A stretch of DNA of 64,000 nucleotides, taken from Heptranchias perlo. Lineage: Eukaryota. The notes beneath the pieces were generated by a model that was given only the letters and a program-made list of their open reading frames with translations, was not told where the DNA came from and made no database searches. Shown here one piece after another: positions 12,458 to 24,650 of this stretch; position 1 is the stretch's first letter, and every line of letters begins with the position of its first letter. The position numbers and the translations under genes were made by a program. The stretch is from positions 744,001 to 808,000 of the forward strand of contig NW_027138407.1 of the NCBI RefSeq assembly GCF_035084215.1, read 5' to 3'.

Positions 12458-12667
12458 CACAATGCTAAATAGCTTGACAAAAACTATCCCACATGAGATA
12501 TAAAGGCATTTGCATTAACATTCAGTCGAGTGCTCTCTTAACGACGCTACAGTTTTGTTAAGGTCCCATTTTTATAATCAGTCTATTATATCAGTATAAT
12601 TCATATTTAATGGAACTTAACACACACAAACAATACGTTTGAAAGCAGCTTTCAAGGAGATACTTAC

Positions 12668-12727
12668 TGGGTTCGATTGACACCTGAGTCCCGTTTCCAA
12701 ATGTTAGCTTACTGTCTGCGTAATTCA
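12668..12727 (-). CDS. TRAJ: TCR alpha J segment NYADSKLTFGNGTQVSIEP
   Basis: GTAAGT donor; CACAGTG(12728-12734)-12-GCAAAAACT. Confidence 0.95.
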
Positions 12728-12799
12728 CACAGTGCCAAATGCAATAGCAAAAACTATATTGGTAGATAACCCCAAGAGCTTGTTTATATTCAGGAGCAT

Positions 12800-13935
12800 C
12801 GGAACATATGAACGGGAGTGGGCCACTCAGCCCCTCGTACCTGTTCCACTAATCTATTAGGTGATGGCTGATCTGCCCCTCAACTCCATTGCTCCATCTC
12901 CCTTGATATCCTTACCTAACATAGGAATATAGGAACATAGAGACAGGCGTGGACCACTCAGCCCCTCGAGCCTAACCACAGCCTATCGATCTCAATCATC
13001 TGCTGAAGAGAGTTCACAATCTGGGGAAGAGAGTTCTAAATTTCCACCACCCGTTGTGTGAAAAAAGTACTTCCTGATTTCATTCCTATAAGGCCCAAAT
13101 CTAAGTGTAAAATGGTAGCCCCTTGGTTTGGATTTCCCCACCAGAGGAAATAGATTTTTTTCTGCGTCTCCCCTTTCGAATGCCTTTATGGTTTTAAGCA
13201 CCTCGATTAAATCATCCCTCAAACATCTGAATTCCAGGGAACTTTATGCCACCAGTCCTCGTAATTTAACTCCCTGAGCCCCGAAATCATTCTGCGGAAT
13301 CTGCGCTGTAAAACAAATATAGCTTTCCTAAGGCACCGTGCCCAAAACTGAACGCAGTACTCCAGATGGGGTCTGACCAAGGCTCTGTACAATTGAAGCA
13401 TAACTTCCTTACTTTTGCATTCTAGCCTTCGTGAGATTACCGCCAACATTGCATACGCCTTTTCGAATACTTTTTGTACCTGTGCACTAACGTTTGGTGA
13501 TTTGTAAGGCGAAATCGCTTTGCTCCTTCACAGCTCCTTATCGCTCACCATTAAGACAATTATTCCAGTTTGTCTTTCTCAGAGAAAAAGTGGATGATCT
13601 CACACTTTTCGATGTTGAGCTCCATCTGCCACAGTTTTTTCTCCCCACAAGCTTAGTCCGTCTATGTCCCTTTGTAACTTCCTGCTCCCAACTACACAGC
13701 GTACAACCCCTCCTAACAGAGCGTTATCTCAACTCTTTCATCCAAGTCATTTTTATATATATGGTAAGATTTGAGGCATCGGGCATTCCTGGGGAGCAGC
13801 ACTTGTCACATTCCACAAGTCAGGGAACATTCCCCTTTACCCCTACTCCTTGTTTCCTACCTCCCAACCAATTACCAACCCATGTCACAAGGTTAGATCC
13901 AATTCCATGCGCTTTGATTTTTGCCAATATTCTCT
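12800..13935 (-). mobile_element. Degraded CR1-type LINE
   Basis: ORFs with LYRALVRPHLEYCVQFW and RDDLIEVLK..LFPL, typical of the CR1 ORF2 C-terminus. Confidence 0.85.
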
Positions 13936-14454
13936 TTAAAATTAACACTTCCAAAATATCTTTTACACTGCACCTACGCCGTTGTGTCATCGTCCGGTTG
14001 GCACTACTGCTCAGGCGACTTCCTATCCCATTGGCTTTAAGAATGCTGGATGGAGATTCGCTTTTTATTATGTGCTATTGGTACGTAAGTAAAATCGTGA
14101 ATAGGGACTAATTCCCCTTGTTTGTGATTCCTTTAGAAAGTTCATAAGGACAGCGATGCAGATCATGCTAATTGCGTTCAAGAAGATTTCCGCAGTTCCC
14201 TGCTTCTAGCAAACTCGCAAACACACTCCAACCGAGTCTTGTAGCAATAGGGTACAGAGAGAACTTTCTGGAATGCATTTCTCATATTCGTTATACATTC
14301 TTCCTTTTGCTTCCAGGATGGTGGTTTTTACGCATCTTTCTTAGAATGTACCAATATTTTTCTTGTCAAATCCTATTTCGATTAGTGGTCTAGGAGTGAG
14401 TCAAAGTAAAAGCAATTCAAAGTGAAGCTATATCAATAACTGGACAGCTGTAGG

Positions 14455-14850
14455 GACATAGGAAGAACAGAGGAACAGGGGTAGGCCACTCAACATTTCG
14501 AGCCTATTCCGCCGTTCAAGTAGACCATAGATGATTAGCCCCATGTACCCGCCTTGGTTCTGTATCCCTTGCCTAACAAAAATCTACCAATCTCAGTTTT
14601 GAAATTTTCAATTGACCCCCAGCCCTCAACAGCTTTTTAGGGGAGAGAGTTCCAGATTTCCACTCCTCTTTGTGCGAAGAAGTGATTCCTGACATCACCC
14701 CTGAACGACCTGGCTCTAATTTTAAGGTTATGCCCCCTTCTTCTGGACTCTCACACCAGAAGGAATAGTTTCTCTCTATCTACCCCATCGAATCCTTTAA
14801 TCATCATGACCAATTCAATTGGATCTTCACTTAATCTTTTATACCAGAGG
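14455..14850 (-). mobile_element. CR1-type LINE 3' fragment
   Basis: Reverse complement of the CR1 3' end seen at 1060-1476. Confidence 0.75.
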
Positions 14851-14975
14851 GAATTTATACTTTCTGTTGATCGCTCTCTTTATAATTAACAACATTTACG
14901 TACGCTTTTATCTATTTTTTTATTCAAACGAAAATAAAGCGTCTAAATATTCCCAAACATGAACGGTCTACTTAC

Positions 14976-15041
14976 TGGGTGCCACAATCAGTTTGCTCCC
15001 GCCGCCAAACCTAAGCTTCCCAGTACCGGTTTCAAAGCTTT
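14976..15041 (-). CDS. TRAJ: TCR alpha J segment SFETGTGKLRFGGGSKLIVAP
   Basis: GTAAGT donor; CACAGTA(15042-15048)-12-ACACAAAGC. Confidence 0.9.
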
Positions 15042-15621
15042 CACAGTATTTAACAAGGTGACACAAAGCTCCCCGCGTTACTCAGTGTCTAACAGCAGTT
15101 TTCATATGTCCTTCTGCATCGCTTACACGAGCAGATTTTTCGGTCACACAAAAAAATCCGTTTACCTTAATTAACAACGAAGAGGAAGAATTACTCTCTG
15201 CGCTATATGTAGCAGGTCGAACATGAATGCGTCATTCGGCTAAAGTTAGCCACCAGGCCAATCTCCAACAATACATTTCTGGTGTCGCTTTACATAGCGG
15301 TCTGAGATATTGCATAGAGTCTACAGCACAGAAACAGGCCCTTCGGCCCAACTGGTCCATGTCGGCATTTATGCCCCACAGGAGCCCCCCTACCACCCAT
15401 CTTCATCTAACTATTGTTCCTTAGTTATGCTTTAAGCTGATTGGCAAGACATGTCGATAGAGTTAAATTGTGGTTTCGAAACGTGTAGTATCGCCTTTAA
15501 AGCATAATTGACATTGATTTATTGTCCTTCTTTTCATGATTAGCAAATATCGCATGTAACATAAAATCTAACCTTTGGACATTTGGATTAGTTGGTTGCA
15601 ATAAGGTTAGGATATACTTAC

Positions 15622-15686
15622 TGGGCAAGACCAAGAGTTTAGTTCCATTGCCGAAGAGAAGCTTGTAGCTTCCACCTTGATAATCG
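15622..15686 (-). CDS. TRAJ: TCR alpha J segment DYQGGSYKLLFGNGTKLLVLP
   Basis: GTAAGT donor; CACGGTA(15687-15693)-12-ACAAAAACC. Confidence 0.94.
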
Positions 15687-16556
15687 CACGGTATCACAAT
15701 GCAGGACAAAAACCTCTCCGCCAGATAGCTACACATATGCATCCACCGATTCATCCATCTCCATCTCTTCATTACCTACTTTTCTCATTCCATTCACGTC
15801 TCATCTTATTTTTCGTTATTTTGGTTTCTAAGCTAAGCTCGATTCCATCAAGTCATTCCCTTACTCTTTATGAAATATATTACCTGATGTTTGATAAGAA
15901 CTTTTCAAACTTAAAAACAAAACTCACATTCTGTACATGTCAAAATACAGTTCAGTGAAATCTGGTTTTAATTCGAGACAACACAGGTACAGTATGTTCA
16001 AATCACCTGTGTGTCAGGTTGCAGCGCATGTGTTTTGAACTATTTCACGTAGCATCGAACTGAGTGTACAGGTACCCCTTTATTAGAATTTCCCCCAATG
16101 CTGCCCTATGTGTTTTGTACACGATGAAGAAATGGTAAATAATATTATTACTAATATGATTATTATTTGAATTAAGCATAATAGTCAGACACCCTTCAGT
16201 CAAGAAAGTTCACGTTATATTTGAATGAATATACCACTGATTTTACACAATGTCTAACATCCTTCTATTTATTTGACAAAGTAATGGGGAGATCGTTCTC
16301 TCAACATCCGATTATAATAATCACTGGGCGTACACTCAGTTCGATGCTATATGAAATAGTTCAAAACACATGAGCTGCAACCTGACACACAGGCGATTTG
16401 CACATACTGTACCTTCTATTTGTTATTTTACATGTAGCAATCATGTTTCTATTCATCATTTTTCTGGTATTCTTTAACGCGCACTGAACGTTATCGTTTC
16501 TGATCCCCCCACCACCACACACACAAACAGAAATATTCTTTATCTTATCAACATTA

Positions 16557-16862
16557 CTTCGAGAACTCGGAGTTCCTCCAACTCTGGCCTCTTGTGCATC
16601 CCCCACTGCCTTCGCCCCACCATTGGCGGCCGTCCCTACAGCCCTCTAAGCTCTGGAATTCCACCCCCCCCAACCTCTTTGCCTCCCGGCCTCGCTCTCT
16701 TCTCCTTTAAGATTTTGCTTACAAATTACCTCTTTGACCAAACTATTGGCCACCTGTCCTAATGCCTCCTTCTTTGGCTTGTTCGTCAGATTGCGCTCCT
16801 GTGAAGAGCCAGGAGGCGTTTTACTACATTATAGGTGCTACATAAATGCAAGCTGTTGTTGT
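16557..16862 (+). mobile_element. L2-type LINE 3' fragment abutting a J splice donor
   Basis: CATTGGCGGCCG..GCTCTGGAATTC body and AAATGCAAGCTGTTGTTG tail, as in 2575-2995. Confidence 0.7.
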
Positions 16863-16868
16863 ACTTAC

Positions 16869-16931
16869 TGGGTTCTACAGAGAGTTTGGTCCCTCTTCCA
16901 AATGTGAGCTTGTCACCTGCTCCTTGATTCA
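16869..16931 (-). CDS. TRAJ: TCR alpha J segment NQGAGDKLTFGRGTKLSVEP
   Basis: GTAAGT donor; CACAGTA(16932-16938)-12-ACAACAACA. Confidence 0.92.
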
Positions 16932-17269
16932 CACAGTAACAAGCACCATAACAACAACATAACCAGTAGACAACCTCTTAATTGTTATAGGAATTACTGT
17001 CAATCATTGTGACGATGACGAGGATGATAATAATAAAGAAGGAAATTGACATTTTATAGCGTCTTGAAAGACCTCAGGGCGCCCATAGCGCTTCAAAGTC
17101 AACTGGGGTACTTTATTTCAAGTGTAGTCATAATAATAAGTCAATTTCCTCGATACAATCTTCATCATCTCCTTCATGCATTTTGGATTTAGCCCTCTTT
17201 ATTATTTGTTTTCACTGTTATTGCTGTTCCATTGAATTTCAGCGTACATTTCGGACCAATCAATCCCAA

Positions 17270-17455
17270 GGGGGTAATTTTAACTTTGGGAGGTAGAATA
17301 AATTGGGCGATATCGAATTTGCCGCCCATTATACGCCCGCCTGGTTTTCTCCTTCATTGCCTTTAATGGCAAGGAAAATCAGGCGAGGTGTATAATGGAC
17401 GGCAAGTCCTATATCGCCCATGTTACGCTGGAGCCCAAAGTTAATATTATCCCCA
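17270..17455. mobile_element. Short palindromic MITE-like element
   Basis: GGGGGTAATTTTAACTTTGGG ... CCCAAAGTTAATATTATCCCC terminal inverted repeats with nested internal inverted repeats. Confidence 0.6.
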
Positions 17456-17567
17456 TTGTGTGCACGACAATCGATAGATAAACGTGGGCAATGGCGCCGC
17501 CGTACGTTCTACGTAAAGGTTCGCAACTACCAACTGCACTTCAGAATGTTTCATCCTACTGTTTTAC

Positions 17568-17995
17568 AACAACAACTACTTGCATTTATACAGCGGCCTG
17601 TAACATAGTAAAACGGCCGAAGGCTCGTCACAGGCGCTTATCAGACAATATTTGACATCGAGCCACATACAGAGATATTAGGGCAGGTCAAAGAGATAGG
17701 TTTTAAGGAGCGTCTTAAAGGAGGAGGGAGGTTTAGGGAGGGAATTCCAGAGCTTGGGGCCTGGGCAGCTGAAGGCAACGGTAGAGCGATGAAAAGGGAC
17801 ATGACCATGGAGGGATTTGAAAACAAGGATGAGGATTTTAAAATCGAGGTGCTGCCTGACCGGGAACCAATGTAGGCCAGAGGGCACAGGGGGGTGATGG
17901 CTGAACGGGGCATGATGCGAGTTAGGATACAGGGCAGGAGAGTTTTGAGATAAACTCAAGTTTACAGAAGGTAGCAGGTTTATCTCACTAGAGCA
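17568..17995 (-). mobile_element. L2-type LINE 3' fragment
   Basis: ORF LHWFPVRQHLDFKILILVFKSLHG..KLWNSLP..FKTLLKTYLF. Confidence 0.85.
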
Positions 17996-18169
17996 TTCTG
18001 AATTGGGCCTTGTAAGGTCGCATAATTCGACGGAAATGTACAATTGTTGTGCGAGCTGGAGCCTCGGTACAGTCTCGGCATTGTTTCGAGTAAATAACTT
18101 CGAGGATGGACTGAACAAACGGATAATCTGGCAGTTAGCTTCACCGAAAGGACGCTTAAGTCTACTTAC

Positions 18170-18235
18170 TGGTTTGCACTGTCAGTGTTGTCCCGCTCCC
18201 AAAGCTAGTCTTCCATCCTCCTGTACTTATAGTCA
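18170..18235 (-). CDS. TRAJ: TCR alpha J segment TISTGGWKTSFGSGTTLTVQT
   Basis: GTAAGT donor; CACAGCA(18236-18242)-12-ACAAATAGC. Confidence 0.9.
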
Positions 18236-18673
18236 CACAGCAGTACACGCCCTGACAAATAGCCCCTCCAGTTTTGAAGTGACACCTATCCCAAACTATC
18301 CCAGCTACACAAGAAAGACCATGGGATGGTACTCGCTGACCACATCTCCGCTACATTTATATCCTTATACGAAAGGGAACCGCTTAACTGTTGGACGGAA
18401 ATCATTCAAGACCCGGTGCAATTACAAATCATGAAAGCATTGGCTCGCCATAGCCTTATTTTGGCCTGTGTAGGCACCCATTTGTGCTTCTCAGAGAGGT
18501 CTGAGGTGGAACTTTTGGTTTGCTCCAGAAAAGGGTCTTTGAACCATAGTTAAAAAAAAGAGACGACGCGACCGAAATGGGCATTTCAACTGACTAGAAC
18601 AAGTTCGATTTAATACTATAACGGCTCTGATTAGAGCCAATACAGCGCTACTTTATAGTAGAACAACACTTAC

Positions 18674-18739
18674 TTGGCTCCACCACCAGTTTGGTTCCAC
18701 TTCCAAATATTAGTTTGAGACTAGCTGTTCCAGAAAGCA
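18674..18739 (-). CDS. TRAJ: TCR alpha J segment LSGTASLKLIFGSGTKLVVEP
   Basis: GTAAGT donor; CACGGTG(18740-18746)-12-ACAAAAACC. Confidence 0.95.
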
Positions 18740-19577
18740 CACGGTGCTGCAAACCTTAACAAAAACCCTGGGCACGAGACCAGATGGGTAATTTAAATAA
18801 TAGATCATTGAAAATTCTGTAATTGTAGTTTTGTGAATTTCTTTCTTACTTTCATCCTTTCTTTGTTATCTTTCTTTCGAACCTTAGACGCTTTCAGCAC
18901 AGAAAGAGTCCATTCGGCGCTCCTTGTCCGTGCAGGCGCTTAGCTACAGCAATCCAGAACTAATCCCACTTCCCCGTTCTCTTCCTACAGCTCCTGATTG
19001 TACCTCTGCTTCAAACTTCCGCCTATTTTCCAAGATACAGCGGCCTCTGCCTCAGCAACTCCCTGTGGCAAAACACTCCATGTTCTATCAACCTGCCGCT
19101 TATAGGCATTTCTCCCACCTTCTTCAACTTGAAATTGGTGCTCCCCACCCCCCTACTCCTTGTCATCGATTACCCAACCACAGGAAATAATTTGACCTAA
19201 TTCAGTCTATTAAAGCACTTCATTTAGGGCAGGAAATTGGACATGAATTTAGCTTTGAGGTTAGGATCAGATCAGCCATGATCTTATTGAATGGCGGAGC
19301 AGGCTCGAAGGGCCGATTGGCCTACTCCTGCTCCTATTTCTTATGTTCTTATAATTTTATAAACGTCTATTAAATTTCCGCAGCCTTCTCCGATTCACTG
19401 GAAATTGACTCATTATCGTAGTTTCTCCTCATAACGAATCCTCGATGTCATCTATCTCTCTTCATCCTTTTCTCCCATCAGTTATGTCAATAGTTGGAAT
19501 CCAATTATTTTATACGATGGTATTGGGATATACACCTTATGCATTATTTACACTAGAAGAAACAGAATAATACTCAC

Positions 19578-19641
19578 TTGGTATCACTAACAGTTTGGTT
19601 CCATTTCCAAAATTAAGCTTATTAACTATTGTTCCATAACT
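19578..19641 (-). CDS. TRAJ: TCR alpha J segment SYGTIVNKLNFGNGTKLLVIP (intact ORF, defective heptamer)
   Basis: GTGAGT donor; GACAGTG(19642-19648)-12-ACAAAAATC; the first C of the essential CAC is mutated. Confidence 0.88.
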
Positions 19642-20562
19642 GACAGTGTCACAGACCTTGACAAAAATCCAACAGTAGCGCAATTAAATCTGTTGCCTTT
19701 GGTGCAATAAGTTGCAAATTGCAGAGTTATTTCATTATTGATCAATTTGCGGTCACGTCTGCAAATTGAACTATGGATAGGTACAACAGCCATCGTGTTT
19801 TGAAAGGCTCATTCACTCGGACTTGATTAAGGCAATGATTTAGTTTTCATATTGCCGAATGAAAGATTTCAATTTATTTTACTTTGCTGTCTGATTTGAA
19901 CGTAGCTGTTCGCTACATTAGAAACACATTTTTATTCGCCATAAATTACTTACAATGCCATATCACATTGCTTTTTGTTTCCAGCCTCAGCACAGCTGAG
20001 AAAGAATCCCATACAAATAAGGAAATTTGTGCTCTCGCATACAGCCGGCACGGACTCGATGGGCCGAATGGTCTTCCCTTCCGTGCTGTAACCTGTCTAT
20101 GATTCTATGATTTAATCGACTGTCTGTTTTGAATTTTAATGGCGTTTTGATAAGGTGAGTAATGAAAGGTTATTTCCTCTGTTTGGCGAGTCAGTAAGGA
20201 GATGTCATCAATTTAAGACCTGTCACTAAGATAATTAGGAAGGAGGTTGGAATGCTTGTCAGAGGTAAGGTTGACAGCAGAGAGCATCGTAGGTTTTAAG
20301 GGGAAATTGAATAAACATTTGAGGCAAAGTGAGGTGCAGGGTTTTGGGAAGGCTACAGTGCGTGGCGGTTAATATTGCATTGTTTTAGAGAAGAATGCGG
20401 AGGGGATCGATGGGCCGAATGGACTCTCACTGTGCCTTAAAATGTCATGGTTCCATAGTTCCCTAGTTAATGTCTCCATTATTTCCAGCATAGATCCCCC
20501 CCCCCCCATAACATCACTATGCCGTTTATTGTTTGGGCAACAAAGATGACTAAAGTACTCAC

Positions 20563-20630
20563 TCAGCTCCACTATCAGTTTGGTTCCACTTCCAAACATT
20601 AGTTTGCTCGTTACTGCTCCATACTCCACA
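20563..20630 (-). CDS. TRAJ: TCR alpha J segment VEYGAVTSKLMFGSGTKLIVEL
   Basis: GTGAGT donor; CACAGTG(20631-20637)-12-TCAAAAACC. Confidence 0.94.
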
Positions 20631-21444
20631 CACAGTGCTAGATGTCTAATCAAAAACCACGGCCTACTAAGTAAAAGCCAACGCGACTGTTGTGCCTGAT
20701 TGGCTCGGTATAGATCTGTCTGCTCTGTGTATCAACGTATCCTTCCCTCTGCAATAAGTTTCAACTAATTGTGATTCTACCCTCACCGCTACTCAGTTAC
20801 AACCGTTAGATTCTAGAACATAAATCATAGCAACACTTTAGTCTTGTGTAGTCCAGAGTTTTTGCTGCTTCCCATTCTGACTGAGGTTCCATCGTCAACA
20901 GGTAGCTTCATGAAACTCTTTCTATAACTGTCACAAGGCTAAGAATTTAGTTGACAGCTATGCTTAAAGAGATGGTGAATACTCGCGTGAAGTTTGCGAC
21001 TGTTCTGCGCTTCTTAGCCAGACCTCAAAGATGTTACTTTATAACTTTCAGAACTTAGAGTTTCGCTAGACGCAGCAAAAAGACGAAATCTACAGCAACA
21101 TTTCTGTCCCGTTGGAGCAAGCGAATTTTAACCGGACTGGCAGGGCGGGACTCCCGCCTGATCGGCTGGAACGCTGGTTTTACACCCCGCCCGATATTAC
21201 TCACCATTGATTAAAATCGATTGGGGTGTAAAACCAGCGTCCCACCCTGATTCCATCAGTTTCCCGACGGGCTGGTTAGGTTAATATTGCCCACGGAGGT
21301 CAGAGGAATTCTTCCCGTGTAGCTACTGAGCACTGAATAGGCCCGGCATCTTTTGATTGGAATATGAATTATATTCCGTATGAGCTGGGTTTGCCCTCGC
21401 GGTGATGTTTGATCAGCGCATCCCATAATAAGTGAGATCCTTAC

Positions 21445-21501
21445 CAGGAATTACGTGGAGTTCGGTTCCACTGCCAAAGATAAGAGTATAGCCGTCGTTC
21501 C
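21445..21501 (-). CDS. TRAJ: TCR alpha J segment NDGYTLIFGSGTELHVIP
   Basis: GTAAGG donor; CACGGCA(21502-21508)-12-GCAAAAACC. Confidence 0.9.
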
Positions 21502-21813
21502 CACGGCAGCAACACCCATGGCAAAAACCGTGCCTGGGCCCAGTTCATTTAACAAAACTCATGTCAAACGCAGGAAGATTTTGGGAGGTCGCTATTTGTT
21601 AGGACACCATAAACACAGCAGGAATATCTCCTTTATTTTCTGCTGGTTCGGAGCACCCTCGCTAGAAATAACGAACAAGTTCCCGCTAAGTTCACGATGT
21701 GCTTAAAGCGTAGAGATCCGAAAAAATCCCTCTCATATAACACACATGGTATTGTTGATTCATATTTATAGTAGTTGCAATCTTCTTCATTTATGCTATC
21801 TGACTTTACTTAC

Positions 21814-21850
21814 TGCGTGGAGCAGTCCTGAACGTTAGCTTGGGGGATAT
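21814..21850 (-). pseudogene. TRAJ: Possible TRAJ relic (PKLTFRTAPR + donor)
   Basis: KLTF followed by a phase-1 GTAAGT donor; FGXG lost; a SINE fragment occupies the RSS position. Confidence 0.35.
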
Positions 21851-22243
21851 TTTGCATCGACCTGAAAGGGCAGACGAGGCCTCGGTTTTATGTCTCATCC
21901 GAAAGACGGCGCTTTCCGACAGTGCAGTACTCCCTCAGTACTGCATTGGGGTATCATCTTAGAATTTTACACTCAAGCCTCTGGAATGGGACGACTAACC
22001 CATAACCCTTTGACCTAAAGGCGATTGTGCTACCAACTGAGCTGACCTTCAACTTTGGCCGACTTGTGCATTTTATCTGCACATCAGAAAGTTTTCAATG
22101 TTGCTAACTTTTACATATTAAGATGGCATTTGGTATTCCTATATTCAGAATCAAGGCGACCTGCAAATAAATTAACCCGCGTTCTGCACTATAATTTTAT
22201 ATATTTATTAATTGTGCCAGTCAAACAGCGAAGAAGTACTCAC

Positions 22244-22300
22244 TGGGATTGACGATGAGCCGTGTCCCCTTGCCGAAAGTTAGCTTGTCGTTATTGTATG
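22244..22300 (-). CDS. TRAJ: TCR alpha J segment YNNDKLTFGKGTRLIVNP
   Basis: GTGAGT donor; CACAATG(22301-22307)-12-ACAAATACA. Confidence 0.93.
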
Positions 22301-22519
22301 CACAATGATACATCTCCGCACAAATACATATAGTCACCTTCACCATTGACACTGGTTGCCTTAATGTGTTAGGACCAATTATATGTGTTGGAGGATACCT
22401 AGGTTGTCCTGCAACGTGAACACGTTCAGTCCACAGCGTGGCAATTAACGAAATGTTAAGGAAATTGCAAAAAAAAATTACCAGTCGAACAATGAGTCTA
22501 GTTAAAAATAAGACGTGCA

Positions 22520-22970
22520 TTACTAGAGCGCTTTTCACCACCTCACGGCGCCCCAAAGCGCTTTACCGCCAATTAAGTGCTATTTGAAGTGTAGCCACTT
22601 TTATAATGTGGGAAATGTGGCAGCCGATCTGCGCACTGTAAAGTTCCACAAACAGCAATGCGATGAATGACCAGAGAGTCTGTTCTTATGCGTTGATCTA
22701 GGTATAAATATTGATCAGAGCACCGGAGAGAATTTCCCTGCTCTTCTTCAAAATAGTGCCATGGGATCTTTTGTACCCACCTGCGAGGGCAGGCGGGGCC
22801 TCGATTTAACGTTTTATCCCAAGGACGACACCCCCGCCAGAGCATCATTCCCCCAATAAGGCACCAGAGTGTCAGCCTAGATTTTGTGCTCAAGTCGCTA
22901 GAGTGGAATTTGAACCCATGACTTTCTGACTCAGAGGCGAGAGTACTACCACTGAGTCACGGCTAACACC
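22520..22970 (-). mobile_element. tRNA-derived SINE with L2-type tail
   Basis: Minus-strand head GACTCAGTGGTAG..GGGTTCAAAT (A/B boxes); body shared with copies at 34005-34395, 47330-47745 and 62265-62700. Confidence 0.75.
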
Positions 22971-23147
22971 ATAGTCCCGTCACGCTGTTGTGTTACAGGA
23001 GTTTTCTAATATCGTTGAACCGCTCGCAGGAATGCGCTCAATGTCAGGGTAAATGACGTTACTCCTTCTACTTCTTCACTAGCGTTTTAAAATAACATCC
23101 CTTTTAGATATGACTAAGCAGGAAAGAAACAGAGTGTAATAACTTAC

Positions 23148-23210
23148 TGTGTTCTACAGTCAGTCTGGTTCCTCCGCCGAAAAGAAGCTCCTTACCACCC
23201 GCTGTATTTA
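23148..23210 (-). CDS. TRAJ: TCR alpha J segment NTAGGKELLFGGGTRLTVEH (most 5' TRAJ)
   Basis: GTAAGT donor; CACAGTG(23211-23217)-12-ACAAAATCA. Confidence 0.93.
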
Positions 23211-23499
23211 CACAGTGTTACAGACTAGAACAAAATCACTTCTATATGGTGAGAGAGCCGGATGATACGATTATTTCTATTTTCCAGTTGAATGCATTCT
23301 ATAATATTATTTTTTAAAAACACGGAACTATGACAAATGAAAGTTTCCAGCTTTCCCTTTTATACATCATTGGAATGCGAGTCCCATTCACATATCTGTA
23401 CGTCCCTGCCTATCTATTTATCTTTCTGTCTATCCAAGTAGCAAGCGGGGAGCATAGCAAACTAATGTTTGATGCAATGTATGTATTGGTAGCAGATGC

Positions 23500-23890
23500 A
23501 TACATTGACCTAGATGTACATGCATTCAAACAGATATGGAAACAATGCATAGATGCATCACTGCCTCGATCTTATGTAATGCATACCACAGAACCTAATC
23601 ATTGACACCCCTCTGTCTTCGTGTCCAGCTATCCTTGTAGAAACTAACACAACTAACATTTATATTCGTGCTTTAAATAATAAAGTAATTGTAATAAAAT
23701 ATGGAACTTCGGTGAAAGTAGAGTCGTTAATTTAAATTGGCTTCGTGCGGAGGTGAAAAGAATATATTGTTTTTAAATGCTTCTTTGTTTTCGATTTCCC
23801 ACCCTGTTACTCGTTGAAAATCCAATCTTCCTTCGCGGTGTGGTAACAGGTGAAATGTGCTAAACATCCACAAGGGGGCGCAAGCGCGCT
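23500..23890. promoter_or_regulatory. Candidate TEA-like element: CTCF, RUNX, E-box and RORE motifs
   Basis: CCACAAGGGGGCGC (23868-23881), TGTGGT (23839-23844), CAGGTG (23847-23852), minus-strand ACATCTAGGTCA (23506-23517); 0.3-0.7 kb upstream of the first TRAJ. Confidence 0.45.
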
Positions 23891-24650
23891 ATGCACGACA
23901 TTAAAGAGAAGTTAGAATTGGAAAGCTTGTCCACCGGCTTCCCTGACGATAATAAAAAGTTCACTCTTCAGATCGATACTTGACATCAGAATTTCGTTTC
24001 CAAATAAAGAGCAGACCCAACACAATTAATTGTCGATCAATGGCCACCGATAAATACCTACCTCGCGTTACTTATTTTGCACATAAAACTTCATCTTCAA
24101 GTGCAGGAATACTTTATTGGCCTCTTGAAGTAAAAAGTCTATATATAATTTATAAATTACTCTTATTTTAGAGTATAACTGGGAGAAAGGAAAAGGAAAG
24201 AAACAAGAAAGGAAGGAAGAAATAATGGACGGTTGAACGCTATCTTTAAAGAGATAAATTTAACGCTATTTTAAACTCCAACGCCTTAAAGAAAAAACAG
24301 ATGAGAAGCTTTAATTTGTGCAATCGCTTCTCAAGTCTCACAGAAATGGATCAGAGTTCTATGGAAATAATGGATTATTTCAGAATGTAGTATCGGAAAA
24401 ATGTGAGATATGTAAGACGGTGCAGAGGAGATTTATCAGAATGGTACCAGGGATGAGGGACTTTAGTTGCGTGGAGAGACTGGGGAAACTGGGATTGTTC
24501 TCCTTAGAGCAGAGAAGGTTAAGGGGAGATTTAATAGAGGTGTTCAAAAATCATGAAGTGTATTGATAGAGTAGATGAGGAGAAACCGTTTCCACTGGAA
24601 GGAGGGTCAGTAACCAGAGGACACAAATTGAAGTTAATTGGCAAAAGATT

